Below are positions 1 through 12,106 of a stretch of DNA of 64,000 nucleotides, piece after piece. The stretch lies in assembly GCA_024137785.1 (NCBI GenBank), contig JAHRHZ010000111.1, positions 28,653,329 through 28,717,328 on the forward strand. The letters run 5' to 3'. This DNA is from Ginglymostoma cirratum (taxonomy: Eukaryota). A model generated the notes under the pieces. It saw only the letters and a program-made list of their open reading frames with translations. It made no database searches and was not told the origin of the DNA. The translations under genes were made by a program, and so were the position numbers. Numbering within the stretch: position 1 is the first letter of the stretch; each line of letters starts with the position of its first letter.

Positions 1-685
1 TATACATTTTACTTTATCTTTCTTTTAGCTCTAGCAGTACCCGTATCTTAAGCTTGGACCTGGCCACATCTGTCTTAATGACAATACAATGTCCAGAATC
101 GATGTTAAAAATCTTGAGCCTTCACAATAAGTCAAGCTGATATGAAAGCTCTCTTTATGGACACTTGGATAAATGTAATGTTTGGTGTTCAATAGAAATC
201 ATTTGCTCACTCATACCATGTAGAAGCTTAGCATCACCAATAGCATCATTATGATCATTTGTGTAGTTTGCTGCATGGATTTAAATGTGTCCTGTTTTTA
301 GGTATTTTGGATCTTCTCCAGAAGATTGAGGACGCTATCAATGCTATTAGAAACCATTCCTCTCATGATGTAGTAAGAAAAGGAGAAACAAGGAAAGACA
401 GAAACATTGCAGCAGTGAGTCCTATCCAGTTTCATTAAAACCAGGTTTACATTCTGCAAAGTGCCACAGCAATTCAGCCATAAAAGGGTTAGCTGGAGTA
501 CTTCACATTTTCCTACCATAAATGGTTCCATACGTACTTCTGGGTTGTTTATCAGGTTTTCTAATGCAGCTTTTGTAAAAACTCAAGTGGCTTGCTCCTC
601 TCAAAAAAGGCACTCAAGTAATTTTATGACTGAAACAAATTTAATTTGCTAATTGTACAGTTGGTTTCCATTAAAAAAAAGTAAT

Positions 686-960
686 TTATTGGTGTGCCCC
701 AAAGTGTCTTGGGCTTGCCGTGGATGTTTTCCAACTCACAGCAGTTAGGGCTCGATGTTTGTTTGAAACAAATCGGCTATTTTCATCACTGTAGACATAA
801 CGTATTTTTGGAAAGCTGCTCATAATGCTTCGCAATGTGTTTATAACATTCCCTTTGTCTTCCGTCTCACTTTTTCTGACCAAACCACTGTCGTCTGTTA
901 GAAATATTTACCAGTTGGATTTGAAATGTCCTAGTAACATTATGATCACATCTGGAGTCT
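686..960 (-). mobile_element. Highly decayed LTR-retrotransposon (Gypsy-like) integrase core remnant
   Basis: ORF 686..883 reads VINTLRSIMSSFPKIRYVYSDENSRFVS...TSTASPRH, resembling the rve segment 'vi..L..if...p..i.SDnG..F.S....t.pyHP'. Judged by eye only. Confidence 0.35.
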
Positions 961-3900
961 AGACTGACTGGCTCTATGGTCAGGGTCATATCTCTGTGCT
1001 ATATCAGTCCCAGCACTATTTCTGTTTACATAGGTGGTGCACTGCATCATCTGTTTCAACTGTCAAACACACTCAAGTCCTTTCTTTTAGGTGGGACATC
1101 GAGGAGGCTGCTGCTCAGTGCCATCTGTTAAGGACTGGCAACAGGGTCTGTGAGAAGCTGAGAATAGAGACAGTAACGAACAAGGTTTGGGAGAGTGTTT
1201 CAGATTTTAAGTGCACTGCGGAAACATGCTACTTAACATAATTAAACCAAAGATTGCGCCTGTGAGGAACTTTTATCGATATTGTCTGCTGTTGTTAACG
1301 TAGATTTAATAAAATGACATGTTAATTAGAACCTTGTGCAATGTGTAACATGCCTACAGTTCTGTTTAGCGTGATGCAATGATTTTTCGGATAGATGTGG
1401 ATCCTATGGAATGTCATAATTATGATTGAAATTTCGAAGTTCCATCTAATCCAAGCATTCTTTCATTAAAGGAAAATGGCGGCTGACTTTGACGCTCTTT
1501 ATATTCCACTTACAAACTTCAAATGTCTTCTTGTTACTTATTAGCTGGCCACAAAGACTCCCGTTGCACAAAAGTTGGACACTGATATAGTTTATTTCAT
1601 TTACAGTCATATATTAAAAGGCGCCAGTTTAATTTATTTTAGCAGGACAAATTTAATGGTACATTTCCTGTCACCTCCCTTCTGGCCTTTTAAAGTGGTT
1701 TGTGCTCATTGCATTGAGGTATCGCATCATAAGAGGCGGAATCCTGCGGCTTCCCAATTGTTAGTGAATATTTCACAAATGACACAAGTACCCTTTCTCT
1801 TACAGAAATAGGGCTCAATTTTATTGTGGCGTATGTTCTAAATCTACTGCGGAGATGACTTTCTGCAACCATGGGTCAATAGCAGCCTTTTATTATGATC
1901 AAGTATGCACATTACACTAAATAATATAATTATCTTGCAGATATAGTCAGGTTGCACATAGCAATTTAAAGTATTCAAGCTGAATGCAACATCGTGACCC
2001 TGCAAATGAGAGAAGGGTAATGGACAGAGTGAAGGAAATCAGACAGAGTGAGGATGTCTTTACCAAAAAACAAAAGGAAAGAATTTTAAGATGATGAAGC
2101 GCTACCCACGCTTCAGAAATAAGAACCAGACTTTTGCAAGTTGATTACAGAAAATCAAATTAATGCAACTGTCATAAGGACAGGCAATGTCAGACAGAAT
2201 TTGCTTTCTTGGGCCAGGAAAGGCTAGCAAAGCCAAAGAGACTCTGTCTGCCACAGGAGATGGTGGAAATGATGAAGTAGAGAGCATCAGTTCAATTTGC
2301 AAGGAAGGAAAAATGTGGGATAGAGGAACTGATACTGGAGCGACGCCCCAAGGAAATTACAACAGAAACAAAGCCTTCAAAATCAGGTTTTACAAAGACA
2401 AGCTTTGGAATACATAAGATTCTTGAACTCACTTATTTGGTGTGATAGTTTACCTGGAGCAAAAATCAATTCTAAAAGTAATTTTAAAAATGGATGAAGG
2501 ATTTTAACACCTTTGGTAATTTAGTTGCATCCCATAAGTGCAAGGCCTATAGCCCGAACTGATGCTTTAAAAAGTATTTATATCGCCTTCACAAACACAT
2601 ATACTTTGGGTAGAAAAACAGGACAGAAAAGGAAATGTTTCAATTAAAGGTGTTTGAGATCCATGAGACAGTTCTTTACTGGCTGGATCCCTGGATAGCA
2701 AGTTATTTGAAACCCCTTCTTATAGTTATGCAATGTGGACTGAGCTTCCCTGTGTATTGGCTGAATGCTGGGGCCCATAGCATATGCATTTACAAGCTGG
2801 CCATCGTATTTTGACCTGCATCTGTGCTCAAATCAATGATGTTGTGATAATGGTGAGTTTTCCAGTGGTTAGGCGGTAAATAGATTACGCAGAACACTTT
2901 GTGGAGCACTCCCTCCTTTTCAACGAAAGAGTGCCAGGCAATTTTCCATGATAAGGAGTTATAATTCCAGACATATTGAAATTTAAATGACAGCATGATT
3001 TTTTTATTTAAAAAAGCCAAGAGTTGTCAGCAGCTGTAAATTCAATGGCTGGAGAGGAATCCTGGAACGTTTTACCCAAAGGTGGCAATAAATGTTTAAA
3101 CAGAGAAATGCACTACAAAATGAAATGTAATTATGGTGAGTATCTTAAATGCGAGTGAAGTAAAGACAGCAGTCTGGCCAAGAGCCTTGTTTTATGTCTT
3201 CCCCTTTCAAGAACACACAAGGATTGGAATTAAAAGCCAATCTCAACCCTGATCTGTGTGTGCTCATGAGTTCAGGTGCTTATGTGTGCCACTGGGCTGT
3301 GGTAATCATGTGGACTAGCCTGAGTTCAAGTGTTGCTGAAAATCACAGCCTAAGAATATTCATGTCAATTCATAAGGAAACAGACAAAAGAATGTTAATA
3401 AACCAAGAATCTCCATATCGGCAATATTTCAACAATCAACGTTACATGATTCACTCTTCCCCAATGATGCAGTGAATGATTCATAGATTTTTAAACATTT
3501 CTTGGACTCATTTCTAATTTCTAACCTGTGTTTATGTATTACATCTTCTCACAGTTGGTGATTAATAAATTCACTATTTCATTAACTCAAGAAATCCAGG
3601 TTAAATTGACTTAAAACTTAAATTCATTTGGTTCGGAGGACAGGTATTCAAAAAGGGTGTAACTTACCCTTGCTGTGACTAACTGAGGGGACAGGTGAAG
3701 GAAAAAGGGATGGTGATTCATCCTGTTTTAAAGTTGTGAAAAATGTGCAAGGATCGAATGGGACATCAAAGTCTGAGAAATTGAGCAGGGTTTATCTCTT
3801 TCGTGGGATTGAGAATAGAAGTATGGAATGAGAAAAGGAGCCAGCACAATCTCATTATGTTTGAAGCTACACTGAACCAGCATGATAAAAGGATTTCCAG

Positions 3901-4271
3901 TTAGTTACATAAGTTTTTAAATGTGTTTTATAATAGGATAAGAATAGTATCGTTTCTATGTTTTATCATAGAATAAGGTTAACATTTTTAATGGCTGATC
4001 TCTCTAAATATTAAACTCATTCTCTCCGCTGTAAAGGTGTTGTTGGAAATGTCTCATTTTTGCTTGAAGTAGGATCGGAATGCATTTTCTTTGATAAGGG
4101 GCAAGGGGAGAACAACCGTCAGGAATTTCTGAAACCATATCTGGAGAGATGTGACAAACAAAATAGGATGGATGTTAATTCCTGGATACTTGTGCGGTGG
4201 AAGGGTTCTGGTCACTTGGGAAGGATTCTGATGAGATGGGAGGTAGTTTCAACTTTTCAAGGAGGCTCTGG

Positions 4272-4560
4272 TCACATTAGCTGATTGCACATTATGCCTT
4301 TGATTAGCAGGTGTGGAGTGGGGAGGGAGAGAGTCTCAATAATGGTGAGGCCTTTCCAATCCAACAGAGTGGTTCCATTTTCATGGCAGGGTTCCAGTGG
4401 CATAGACAATGTTCCGATCATAAATGGTTTGAGGAGAACTGTGGGGCTAGCCATGGTTTGGCTGTAGTGGTCCAGTGATGGCTTGAGATGGCAGATCGTG
4501 GTCCAGGGCTGGTTTGATGACAACATGGGTCAAATTGAGAGTCCACTATGGGAATGATGA
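4272..4560 (-). mobile_element. Decayed Penelope-like element ORF fragment (RT-to-GIY-YIG linker)
   Basis: Translation ...PLEPCHENG...TPHLLIKGIMCNQLM resembles the Cys/His linker that precedes the PLE GIY-YIG domain. Confidence 0.4.
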
Positions 4561-5184
4561 AAATGGATTCAGCCTGATCTCATTTCATCAATCGGGTTTC
4601 CTGATACTAGGCAGAATATTCCTAGTTAAAAATAAAAAGACTGTGTCAATGAAGGCACTCATTAAAATATTTAAGTGACCAAGTCCTGTGTGTGTATTGG
4701 CCATCCACCCCCCCCCCATCCATCCTTCACTTAAACTGGATGTGGGCAAATTAAATACATGTTAGGTTACTGTTCCTGATTGTTTTATCTTTTCATAGTT
4801 TAATTTCTTCTCATCTCCATTCCAAAGACATGAGGCCTACGTGAGCCTACTCTGAGTGTGTGGCTATTGACAATACATGGGGGTCCATGGGAAATATGAT
4901 GGTTTGAAAAGGACATAAAAGGGGAATGGGCAATGAGAGGCAATTAGGGATATGAGGAAAGAGTGAAGGGGGATGAGGATTGAGGGCTTGAAAATGTTCA
5001 TTAACACTGGGCTGCTTTGTCAGTGAATGAGGCAGGCACTGGCTTGCTTGAGCTCCAGAGGCAGGAGGTCTAACCTCCATCCAGACCTTGACTGCCCAAC
5101 ACAGAGACCTTTTTTAAAGGAGAGAGACCCGTCAGGTTGGGAAATTTCTTGACCATCCCACTTCCTCCTCAAAAATCAACTCTT

Positions 5185-5247
5185 CAACTCTGTTTCTGTC
5201 ACCACCAGATGCTACCAGACCTGCTAAGGTTTTTCAGCATTTTCTCT
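5185..5247 (+). mobile_element. PLE terminal-repeat fragment (family B)
   Basis: aactctgtttct...cagatgctaccagacctgctaaggtttttcagcatt matches 57121-57175 in this window. Confidence 0.6.
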
Positions 5248-5499
5248 CATTATTTTATCTGTGGAGTATTGACGTTATATTTTCGCCCCAGTACAGTGTC
5301 CAGCATTAGAAATAAGGCTGTGGTCTGACAGGATCATGAGAAGAATGGAAACACGTGCTTGCTTTGTCTAATCTATTTTGGTAGGTTCCTCCTCCAGTCA
5401 CTAGTTGATCATTTCTAGATGCTTGGTGGTACATACCTGCATCAACCTTGATGAGCTACTGTTTTTTGTTAGGACTCAGCATATCACCGCCATATTGTG

Positions 5500-6340
5500 G
5501 GCTCTCAGTCACTGAAGCTGTGGTGGTCCTGTTGGAGAGCATTGAAAATGGAATTGACACCCCTTATGTTCTTCATTTTCCATCATTGAAATCCATATGT
5601 TAATAACTTGTGTAAATTTATCACGGCAGGGAGGGTTAAGGGTCATCACTATCTCAATGACGGCATTCATTGTCCATTTTACCTGGGCACATTATTTTTA
5701 CTGTGTGTCTGTCTGTCATAAATGTTAACCTAAAGGAACCTGTCAAAACAGAACCAAGGGATAGTTAACACTGCAGCCTCACAGCGCCAGGGACCCAGGT
5801 TCAATTCCGCCCTCGGGTGACTGTCTGTGTGGAGTTTGCACATTCCCCCCGTGTCTGCGTGGGTTTCCTTTGGGTGCTCCAGTTTCCTCCAACAGTCCAA
5901 AGATGTGCAGATTAAGTGGATTGGCCATGCCAAATTGCCCATAGTGTCCAGGGAGGTGCCGGCTAGGTAGATTAGCCATGGGAAACGCAGGGTTACAGGG
6001 ATTGGATGAGCCGTTGGATCTGGTGGATTGCTCTTTGGAAGGTCAGTGCGGACTTGATGGGCCAAATGGCCTGCTTCCATGCTGTAGGACTTCTATGATT
6101 CTAAGAGCTTCTTAGAAATAGCTGATGCAGCTCATAATGAGAAGACAACTCAAGAAGGGACCCAGATGTTGACATTATAATGTAATAACAAGCTTTCATT
6201 AAAATACAGTCGTTATCCAGAGTTTAATCTTAATACGGTCATAGGTAGAATCCCACAGTGACTCTTGCCAACACCAACACGACCACCATGGCTTTCTCAG
6301 ATACACTGGAAGCACATTGCAAACAGCATCAGCAACTAGC
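5500..6340 (+). mobile_element. Decayed PIF/Harbinger DDE transposase remnant, interrupted by an HE1 SINE
   Basis: Fragmentary translations ENGIDTPYV and LRYTGSTLQ occur in the order of the Harbinger/HARBI1 motifs IDgTHv and CLdrsGgaLQ. Many stops and frameshifts. Confidence 0.35.
5762..6103 (+). mobile_element. HE1-type V-SINE
   Basis: tRNA-like B box ggttcaattcc, core gtgtggagtttgcac...gggtttcc...cagtccaaagatgtgcag, and CR1-type tail ending ctatgattcta. Homologous to 48537-48857. Confidence 0.9.
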
Positions 6341-7699
6341 ACTGAACAGCAGCAGCAGGGACAATGTGGACACAGACAGGCATGCAATTCACTGGACTAG
6401 GCTGCATCTCAGGGCCATTTGATTGCTGCCTGGTTGCTTGCTCACAGAGTGCCTACCTGCATGCTCACACCATCCATTCCTTCCCTTGCCATGCCATGCC
6501 AGGAAAACAGACAGCTTGCCTTGTGGTCTGCTTTCCGCAGTCAGGTGGGTGTGTAGACTTTGCTGCTTGGCAGTGTGCTGCATGAGTCCCACAACTGCAC
6601 CATCTGACTTTTACCTCTTTGGAACCCCATATTTGTATACACGGACCAGCATTCTATTAGCTTATTTGAATATTTTCTGAAATAGCAGCTTACATGGCAA
6701 TATGTGCAACAAACAAATAGTTGGGTCTCAATGTCTGAGGGGAGTGGGCCTCGCTAGTCAGTCAGGGGGTCCTGGCACAGTAACTCAGTGGCAGCCTCTC
6801 ATCTCAGCCCAAGGGTATTGGTCATGGTCAGGCATCCAATCAGGGTGTTCTCTGTTGGGTGGGGGTAGGATGTTCTCTGTAGTCCAGGGAGTAGGTCACA
6901 ATCAGTCCTGTGGCTCCATCGAGGCCAGACCAATGGTGGGATAGGGCTATCACATTCGGGAAAGTGTGGAGCCGCCAGAAGGGAGCCTGGACAGTTCTTG
7001 ACCAGGGCTGTCTGGTTAGGTGGCTTAAGGCAGTGGGTCGTGGCTAGTCCATCCACTCCATCCATTGAAACTGAGGGGAAAGAGGTTTGGGGGATGCCAA
7101 AGGCAGCTGTTGGCATGGGAATGAGACTCTGCAAGCTGGTCCATGTGCATGGGAGCTGCATTTTTTGGGGAAGAAAGAATGACTATTGTGAAGTGGGAGA
7201 GCGCAACAAAAGCGTGATGGGAAGGGGGTGATGCTTAAGGGTGGGTTAGTTGGCTTTGAAAAGGCGAGAAGCCTTTTGGGGGTCTGGGCATTTGGTCTTG
7301 CCTTAGTTTTTGCTGTTCTTTCCCGTACACTTTTCATCTTGGATTTTTTGGAAGCTGGAGCAAAATTTTGAAGATGTCTGCTGTTCTGGATATCTTTCTT
7401 TCTCCTTGCTGTAGAATATGTGTGATAACTATGTTGAAAGAAAATGTGACAGAAGCTTGGAAGAGGTGGATCAGACACTGCTGAGTAAAATATGCAGAAC
7501 AATAGGCAGATCAGAAAAGAGCAAAATGCTTTACAGAGGAGGGAAAAACAGGTAACATGCACTGCTTTGACTAATCTTGATATAAGTGTAAATAAAGCTT
7601 CAAAAGACAAGTGTCCTAGTGGATTCAATACTGAACATGTCCAATTAATACAACATAATAGTGAATAATAGCATTATGATGTTGAACTATGTTTGAGAC

Positions 7700-8155
7700 A
7701 TGCTTGAATATAAATCAGGAGAAATAACATCTTTGATGGGACCACACATTTGGATTCTGTGTGCAGGGTTATGGTTGCCAGGGGGAAACAAAACATATTC
7801 AAGCCCTGGAGGAAGTGGGAAAAGCTATGAGGAAATGGTGAGGAATTCCAGGTTTCATCCTGGAAAGGAGACTTCAAAGAGGTGACCATACATATGAAAT
7901 TATTATGTGTTTGGAAACAACCAACTCAGAATATTACTTTAAATTAACTGCAGACCTGGGACTAGAGTGCAGACAAATTTTAAAACATATCTATCAGTGT
8001 GATAAAATTCTGGTGTAAGCTTTCAGCTGGAGTTACTGAAGGCAAAAGTGTAACTTAAGAGTCATTGGAGGGACCTATGCTGATGAATCGAATCTGTCTG
8101 TGTTAATGATCCAAGATTAGCCAGATGGCCTTTCTCATTCTTAATTATCTTGTGA
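7700..8155 (+). mobile_element. Old CR1 LINE 3' fragment
   Basis: MLEYKSGEI...PH..CVQ.W-like translation, then KSYEE, and a tail ccagatggcctttctc similar to 18401-18420. Confidence 0.6.
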
Positions 8156-9699
8156 CCATTTGATAAGAGAGGTCTGTTTACACCCAAGATCAGCAAGTTC
8201 TATTGACAATGCCACAAATATCTAAATTCATTGGAAAATATCTCACTTTGCCAGCTAAACTTCACCAGACTTACTAGACATTGTGATCAGCTACATAGAC
8301 TCTGACAGAATCAATCTGGAGCTTATATGCATCTGCATTCTTCCAAGCTACCACGGGACATATACCAAATTAGTCCAGAAACAACACATGAGTACAGCCA
8401 GTATAGAACGCATGCTCATTTATCAGGACAAGTTATTCTAAAATTCACCCACAGCATGATTGTGCATTGTATTCAGTATACAATGCATGCCTCACCCGTA
8501 GCAATCCAAGAGGATCCAATGTTCATCAATAACAGAAAAACATTCCATATCGGTAATGCACATCTGTGCAAATAAATGTTTGTAATGCTAAGTACTGGCT
8601 ACTTTACAGCAATCTCCAATTGAATTAGATAGATTGCTCCTTGGTGACCTTACTTCAGAAAGACTTTGAGGGAGAAATGCAAAGAAGTGGACCATATTAG
8701 AATGACGTCAGATAATGTAAATTATGGCTGTAATTATAGAATCTTGAAACCCATAAAGATGTCATCTTTGACAACTTGAAAGGTTTGTGTTTTGTTAAGC
8801 TGAAGTAAAGTCTACAAGTAAAACAAAGCAAGTATTACCACTTGCAAACATAGTAATGATCAGTTATACAGTGATTGCATTCCACTATAATGGTTTGGAA
8901 AGATTTGGTATGATGAGAGCGTCCTGTCTTGGTAATTATCAGCTCTGTGGAAAGATCCATTCCTGAATGAAATGTCACCTGTAGGTCATCCCGTACAGGT
9001 GACACAGACCTGTGGTGACAATAGTAAGTTTCCTCCAACATCTCCTGGTATTGGTGAAGATCCCATATATGTGGTTCTGGCAGCAACTCTTGTGAACAAA
9101 TACCTCAGGGGTCATTGATCCTGCATTTGTTGGCCACTGATGAATATATTCTTCTTGTCTTCAAAGTCCTTAAGGAATGGCCTATTCTTACAATTTTGCA
9201 CTGCACAATTCAAATGATAGCAACAAATAAGAATATTAAGAATATTCCTAGTGGGGAGGGCAAAGTCAAGGACTGAATTTTCCCAGCCATTTGAATCACA
9301 TGGGCATTGGCAAGAAAGTTGAGAAAATCTTATGAGATTGGCACCAAGGAGCTTACTGCCATTGAGAGCAAATTTCTAACCAAGTCATGAGTGGTGAGAC
9401 AGAATTCTTGCTTTCAGCAACGAAAGGCCGTTTGTATGTATTAGCCCTCATTAACATCCCCACAGAGGGAAATATTACCTTTGAACATTTCCAATACTGT
9501 GAAGATCACATCATTGCATTTACTTTAATTTTGGACTGTAAAATTAGAAAGGAAGATACTGCTTTAAACCCAGGAGACTGTGTAAAGATATGGCTGCACT
9601 TTTAAAAATCGTGTTCACTGGAGTACACTGGGGGTTGTATACAACATTGCTTTCCCTAGAACAGTGACAGCAAAGCAGATACCACTAAACCAATAGGTT

Positions 9700-10380
9700 C
9701 TAAACTAAGGGAGATAATCACTTGGCAACAAAGTTCTGATTTGCTCCTGACCAAGTGACAGCAGAGAGCCACCTATCGAAAATGTCTGTCTGTATATTTT
9801 TCTCTCTGGTGTGGAAGTACCAAAAGGTCTCCAATAATAGCTGGCTGTCTTCCACTCGTTTTTCTCTGACGGAGGAATAAAATGCTGTTAAAGACAAGGG
9901 AAGGACAAATTGTCAACCTGTAAATGCAAGGGAGCATTAGTGTGCAAACAAACTTGCATCACCAACAAAGAACTAAAAAGGAACTGAAAGGAAGAGAGAA
10001 AAAGCATTTCATCGAATCATGTGGTCCAGACTGGTGCTATCAAACTGTGTTATCCTGACTTGTTTTCCTTAATATCCATTGTCTTGTCTGTCTTTATGTG
10101 TCTGTCTGTTTGTGAAAGGGGCATTTACAAAGGGATAGAGTTTAAGTGGTGGAGTTATAAGTCAGCAATTCATTTTGCTGAAATTTTATTGGTTAAAGGC
10201 AACTTATTTGCAATAAACAGTTATTTTCATGTTAAGTACAGAAACGTGGTGAGTGTCTTCTTTGAACCTGAATTCCTTAATGATGGAAACCGAGGACTTT
10301 GGATAGTTAGACTAAAACTTTTCCAGATTTGTGATCACTGTGGGCACAGTGGGTTGACTGCCAGTGCATTACTCAATGAG
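9700..10380 (+). mobile_element. Possible solo LTR
   Basis: GT-rich segment followed by aataaa (10212) and a U5-like stretch. Family resemblance only; termini and TSD not resolved. Confidence 0.25.
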
Positions 10381-10382
10381 TC

Positions 10383-11190
10383 GATGGCCATTGGTATTAT
10401 TATCAGATTATTAATCCAGATACCCAGGTGATGCTCTGGGTACTGTGCTTAGGACTGTGCAAAAGGTGGAATTTGAACTTAACGAAAATCTGGAATTAAG
10501 GGTGTAACAATAAGGATGTTGCCAAGGTTGGAGGGTTTGAGTTATAGGGAGAGGCTGAATAGGCCGAGGCTATTTTCCCTAGAGCAACAGAGGCTGAGGG
10601 GTGACCTTATAGAGGTTTATAAAATCATGAAGGGCATGAATAGGGTAAAAAGACAAGGTCTTTTCCCCAGGGTGGGCAAGTCCAAAACTAGAGGGCATAG
10701 GTTTAATGTGAGAGGTGAAAGATTTAAAAGGGATCTAAGGGGCAACTTTTTCACGCAGAGGGTGTTTTGTGTATGGAATGAGCTGTCAGAGGAAATGGTG
10801 GAGGCTGATAAAATGACAACATTTAAAAAGCACTTGGATGGGTGTATGAACAGGAAGGGTTTAGAGGTATATGGGGCAAATGCTGGCAAATGGGACTAGA
10901 TGTATATAGGATATCTGGTTGGCATGGATGAGTTGGACTGAAGGGTTTGTTTCTGTGCCGTACATCTCTATGACTCCATGACTGTAACCACAAAACTGTT
11001 GTCGATTGTCAGAAAAACCCATCAAGTTCACTGATGAACTTCAAGTTCCTGTCCTATCAGGAAGGAAACTATCGTCCTTACCTGGTCTGGTCTTAATGTG
11101 ACACCAGACCCACAGCAAAGTGCATGACTTTTAAGTGCCAACTGGACAATTAGGGGTGTCCCAGCCTGAGATGGTTACAATCCCATGAAT
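10383..11190 (+). mobile_element. tRNA-derived SINE (SlmI/Meta-domain-like), split by a CR1 insertion
   Basis: 5' half 10383-10500 and 3' half 10984-11190 join to match the uninterrupted copies at 12635-12985 and 23152-23452. Confidence 0.75.
10511..10983 (+). mobile_element. CR1/HER1 LINE 3' end
   Basis: ORF 10516..10899 (LEGLSYRERL...RGDLIEVYKI...RGNFFTQRV..WNEL) plus ctatgact tail repeats. Confidence 0.95.
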
Positions 11191-11357
11191 ATATATATAT
11201 TTTAAAAAGTGTGACATTACGTATGTGCAACTCGATATCTCTGTCTCACATAAGCAGAAAAGTGTGTCAATCCCTCTTTGTGTATAACTTTTACCTACAA
11301 AGTCTGGAAGACGCAGATACTTCAACAGTTCCTGTCCAAGTGAAGAATTAGTAAAGG

Positions 11358-11546
11358 GGTAGTAGGAACTGCCGATGCTGGAGAATCTGAGGTAACAAGG
11401 TGTAGAGCTGGATGAACACAGCAGGCCAAGCAGCAACAGAGGAGCAGGAAAGCTGACGTTTCGGGTCTGGACCCTTCTTCCAGCTTTCCTGCTCCTCTGA
11501 TGCTGCTTGGCCTGCTGTGTTCATCCAGCTCCACGCCTTGTTGTCT
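11358..11546. mobile_element. Foldback PLE terminal-repeat element (family A)
   Basis: About 65 bp inverted arms (11390-11455 and 11481-11546) around a minus-strand hammerhead-like remnant gaagaagggtccagacccgaaacgtc. Confidence 0.8.
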
Positions 11547-11584
11547 AAGAATTAAGAAAGGCTTGATTTTAAATAGCACCTACT

Positions 11585-11990
11585 TAACTTCGGGTTTGCA
11601 GCTATTGAAGTAATTTTGAAGTGTTATCTCAGTTTGCAGTGTATGAAATGCAGCATACAATTGCATACATCTACATTCCACATACAGCAATCTAATAATA
11701 AGTTGATTTTTTACTGATTAAAAGTGAACGTTGGCCAGGACTAGAGGATGAATTCCCTCTATTAACACTGCTGTCTTAACACCATATTAGCAGGACTGTT
11801 TCTTCTTTGAGCTTTCTGCAGCATCTTTACCATTCACTGCTGAGGATCAACAGGATTTAACATCCCTTCTGAAATATGACAGGTCCTACACTATTCTGCC
11901 AGCCCTTTGCAGAAGTTTTGTACACTCTCTGGTGTGATAAGTGAACCTGCAACCTCTGACATGGAGATGTCAGTGTTACCAAATGTGCCA
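11585..11990 (-). mobile_element. Decayed Deu-domain SINE (SacSINE1/AmnSINE-like)
   Basis: Reverse-complement similarity to 32345-32570 and 45345-45680 (tcctggccaa...attgctg..tgtgg...ttcaaaa.tac). Confidence 0.6.
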
Positions 11991-11997
11991 CAATCAA

Positions 11998-12106
11998 GAA
12001 CAAAAACAAAGTTGCTGGAAAAGCTCAGTAGGTCTGGCAGCATCTGTGAAGGAGAAAACAGAGTTAACGTTTCGGGTCCGGTGACCCTTCCTCAGAACTG
12101 ATCAAT
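11998..12106 (-). mobile_element. Short PLE terminal-repeat insertion (family B) with 10-bp TSD
   Basis: Flanked by ccacaatcaa at 11988-11997 and 12107-12116. Near-identical to 57090-57189 in inverted orientation. Confidence 0.85.
12062..12099 (-). ncRNA. Minimal type-I hammerhead ribozyme motif
   Basis: Minus strand reads AGUU-CUGAGGA-A-GGGUC-ACCG-GACCC-GAAA-CG-UU-AACU: 4-bp helix I, 5-bp helix II and a complete core. Confidence 0.7.

Noticed and set aside
302-1183. Possible plus-strand exons 302-372 and 1091 onward, joining to ...HSSHDV|VGHRGG (GDPD-like HRG motif)
   Set aside because: No PENT-type motif follows, a stop occurs 20 codons later, and there are no further supporting exons.
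7044-7628. 194-aa minus ORF, the longest non-LINE ORF outside the gaps
   Set aside because: Non-ATG start, low-complexity composition, no recognisable domain.
8200-9200. Faint Gypsy RT/RNaseH-linker-like text (LSGQVILKF...MHASPVAI)
   Set aside because: Too degenerate to support by eye; needs an HMM search.
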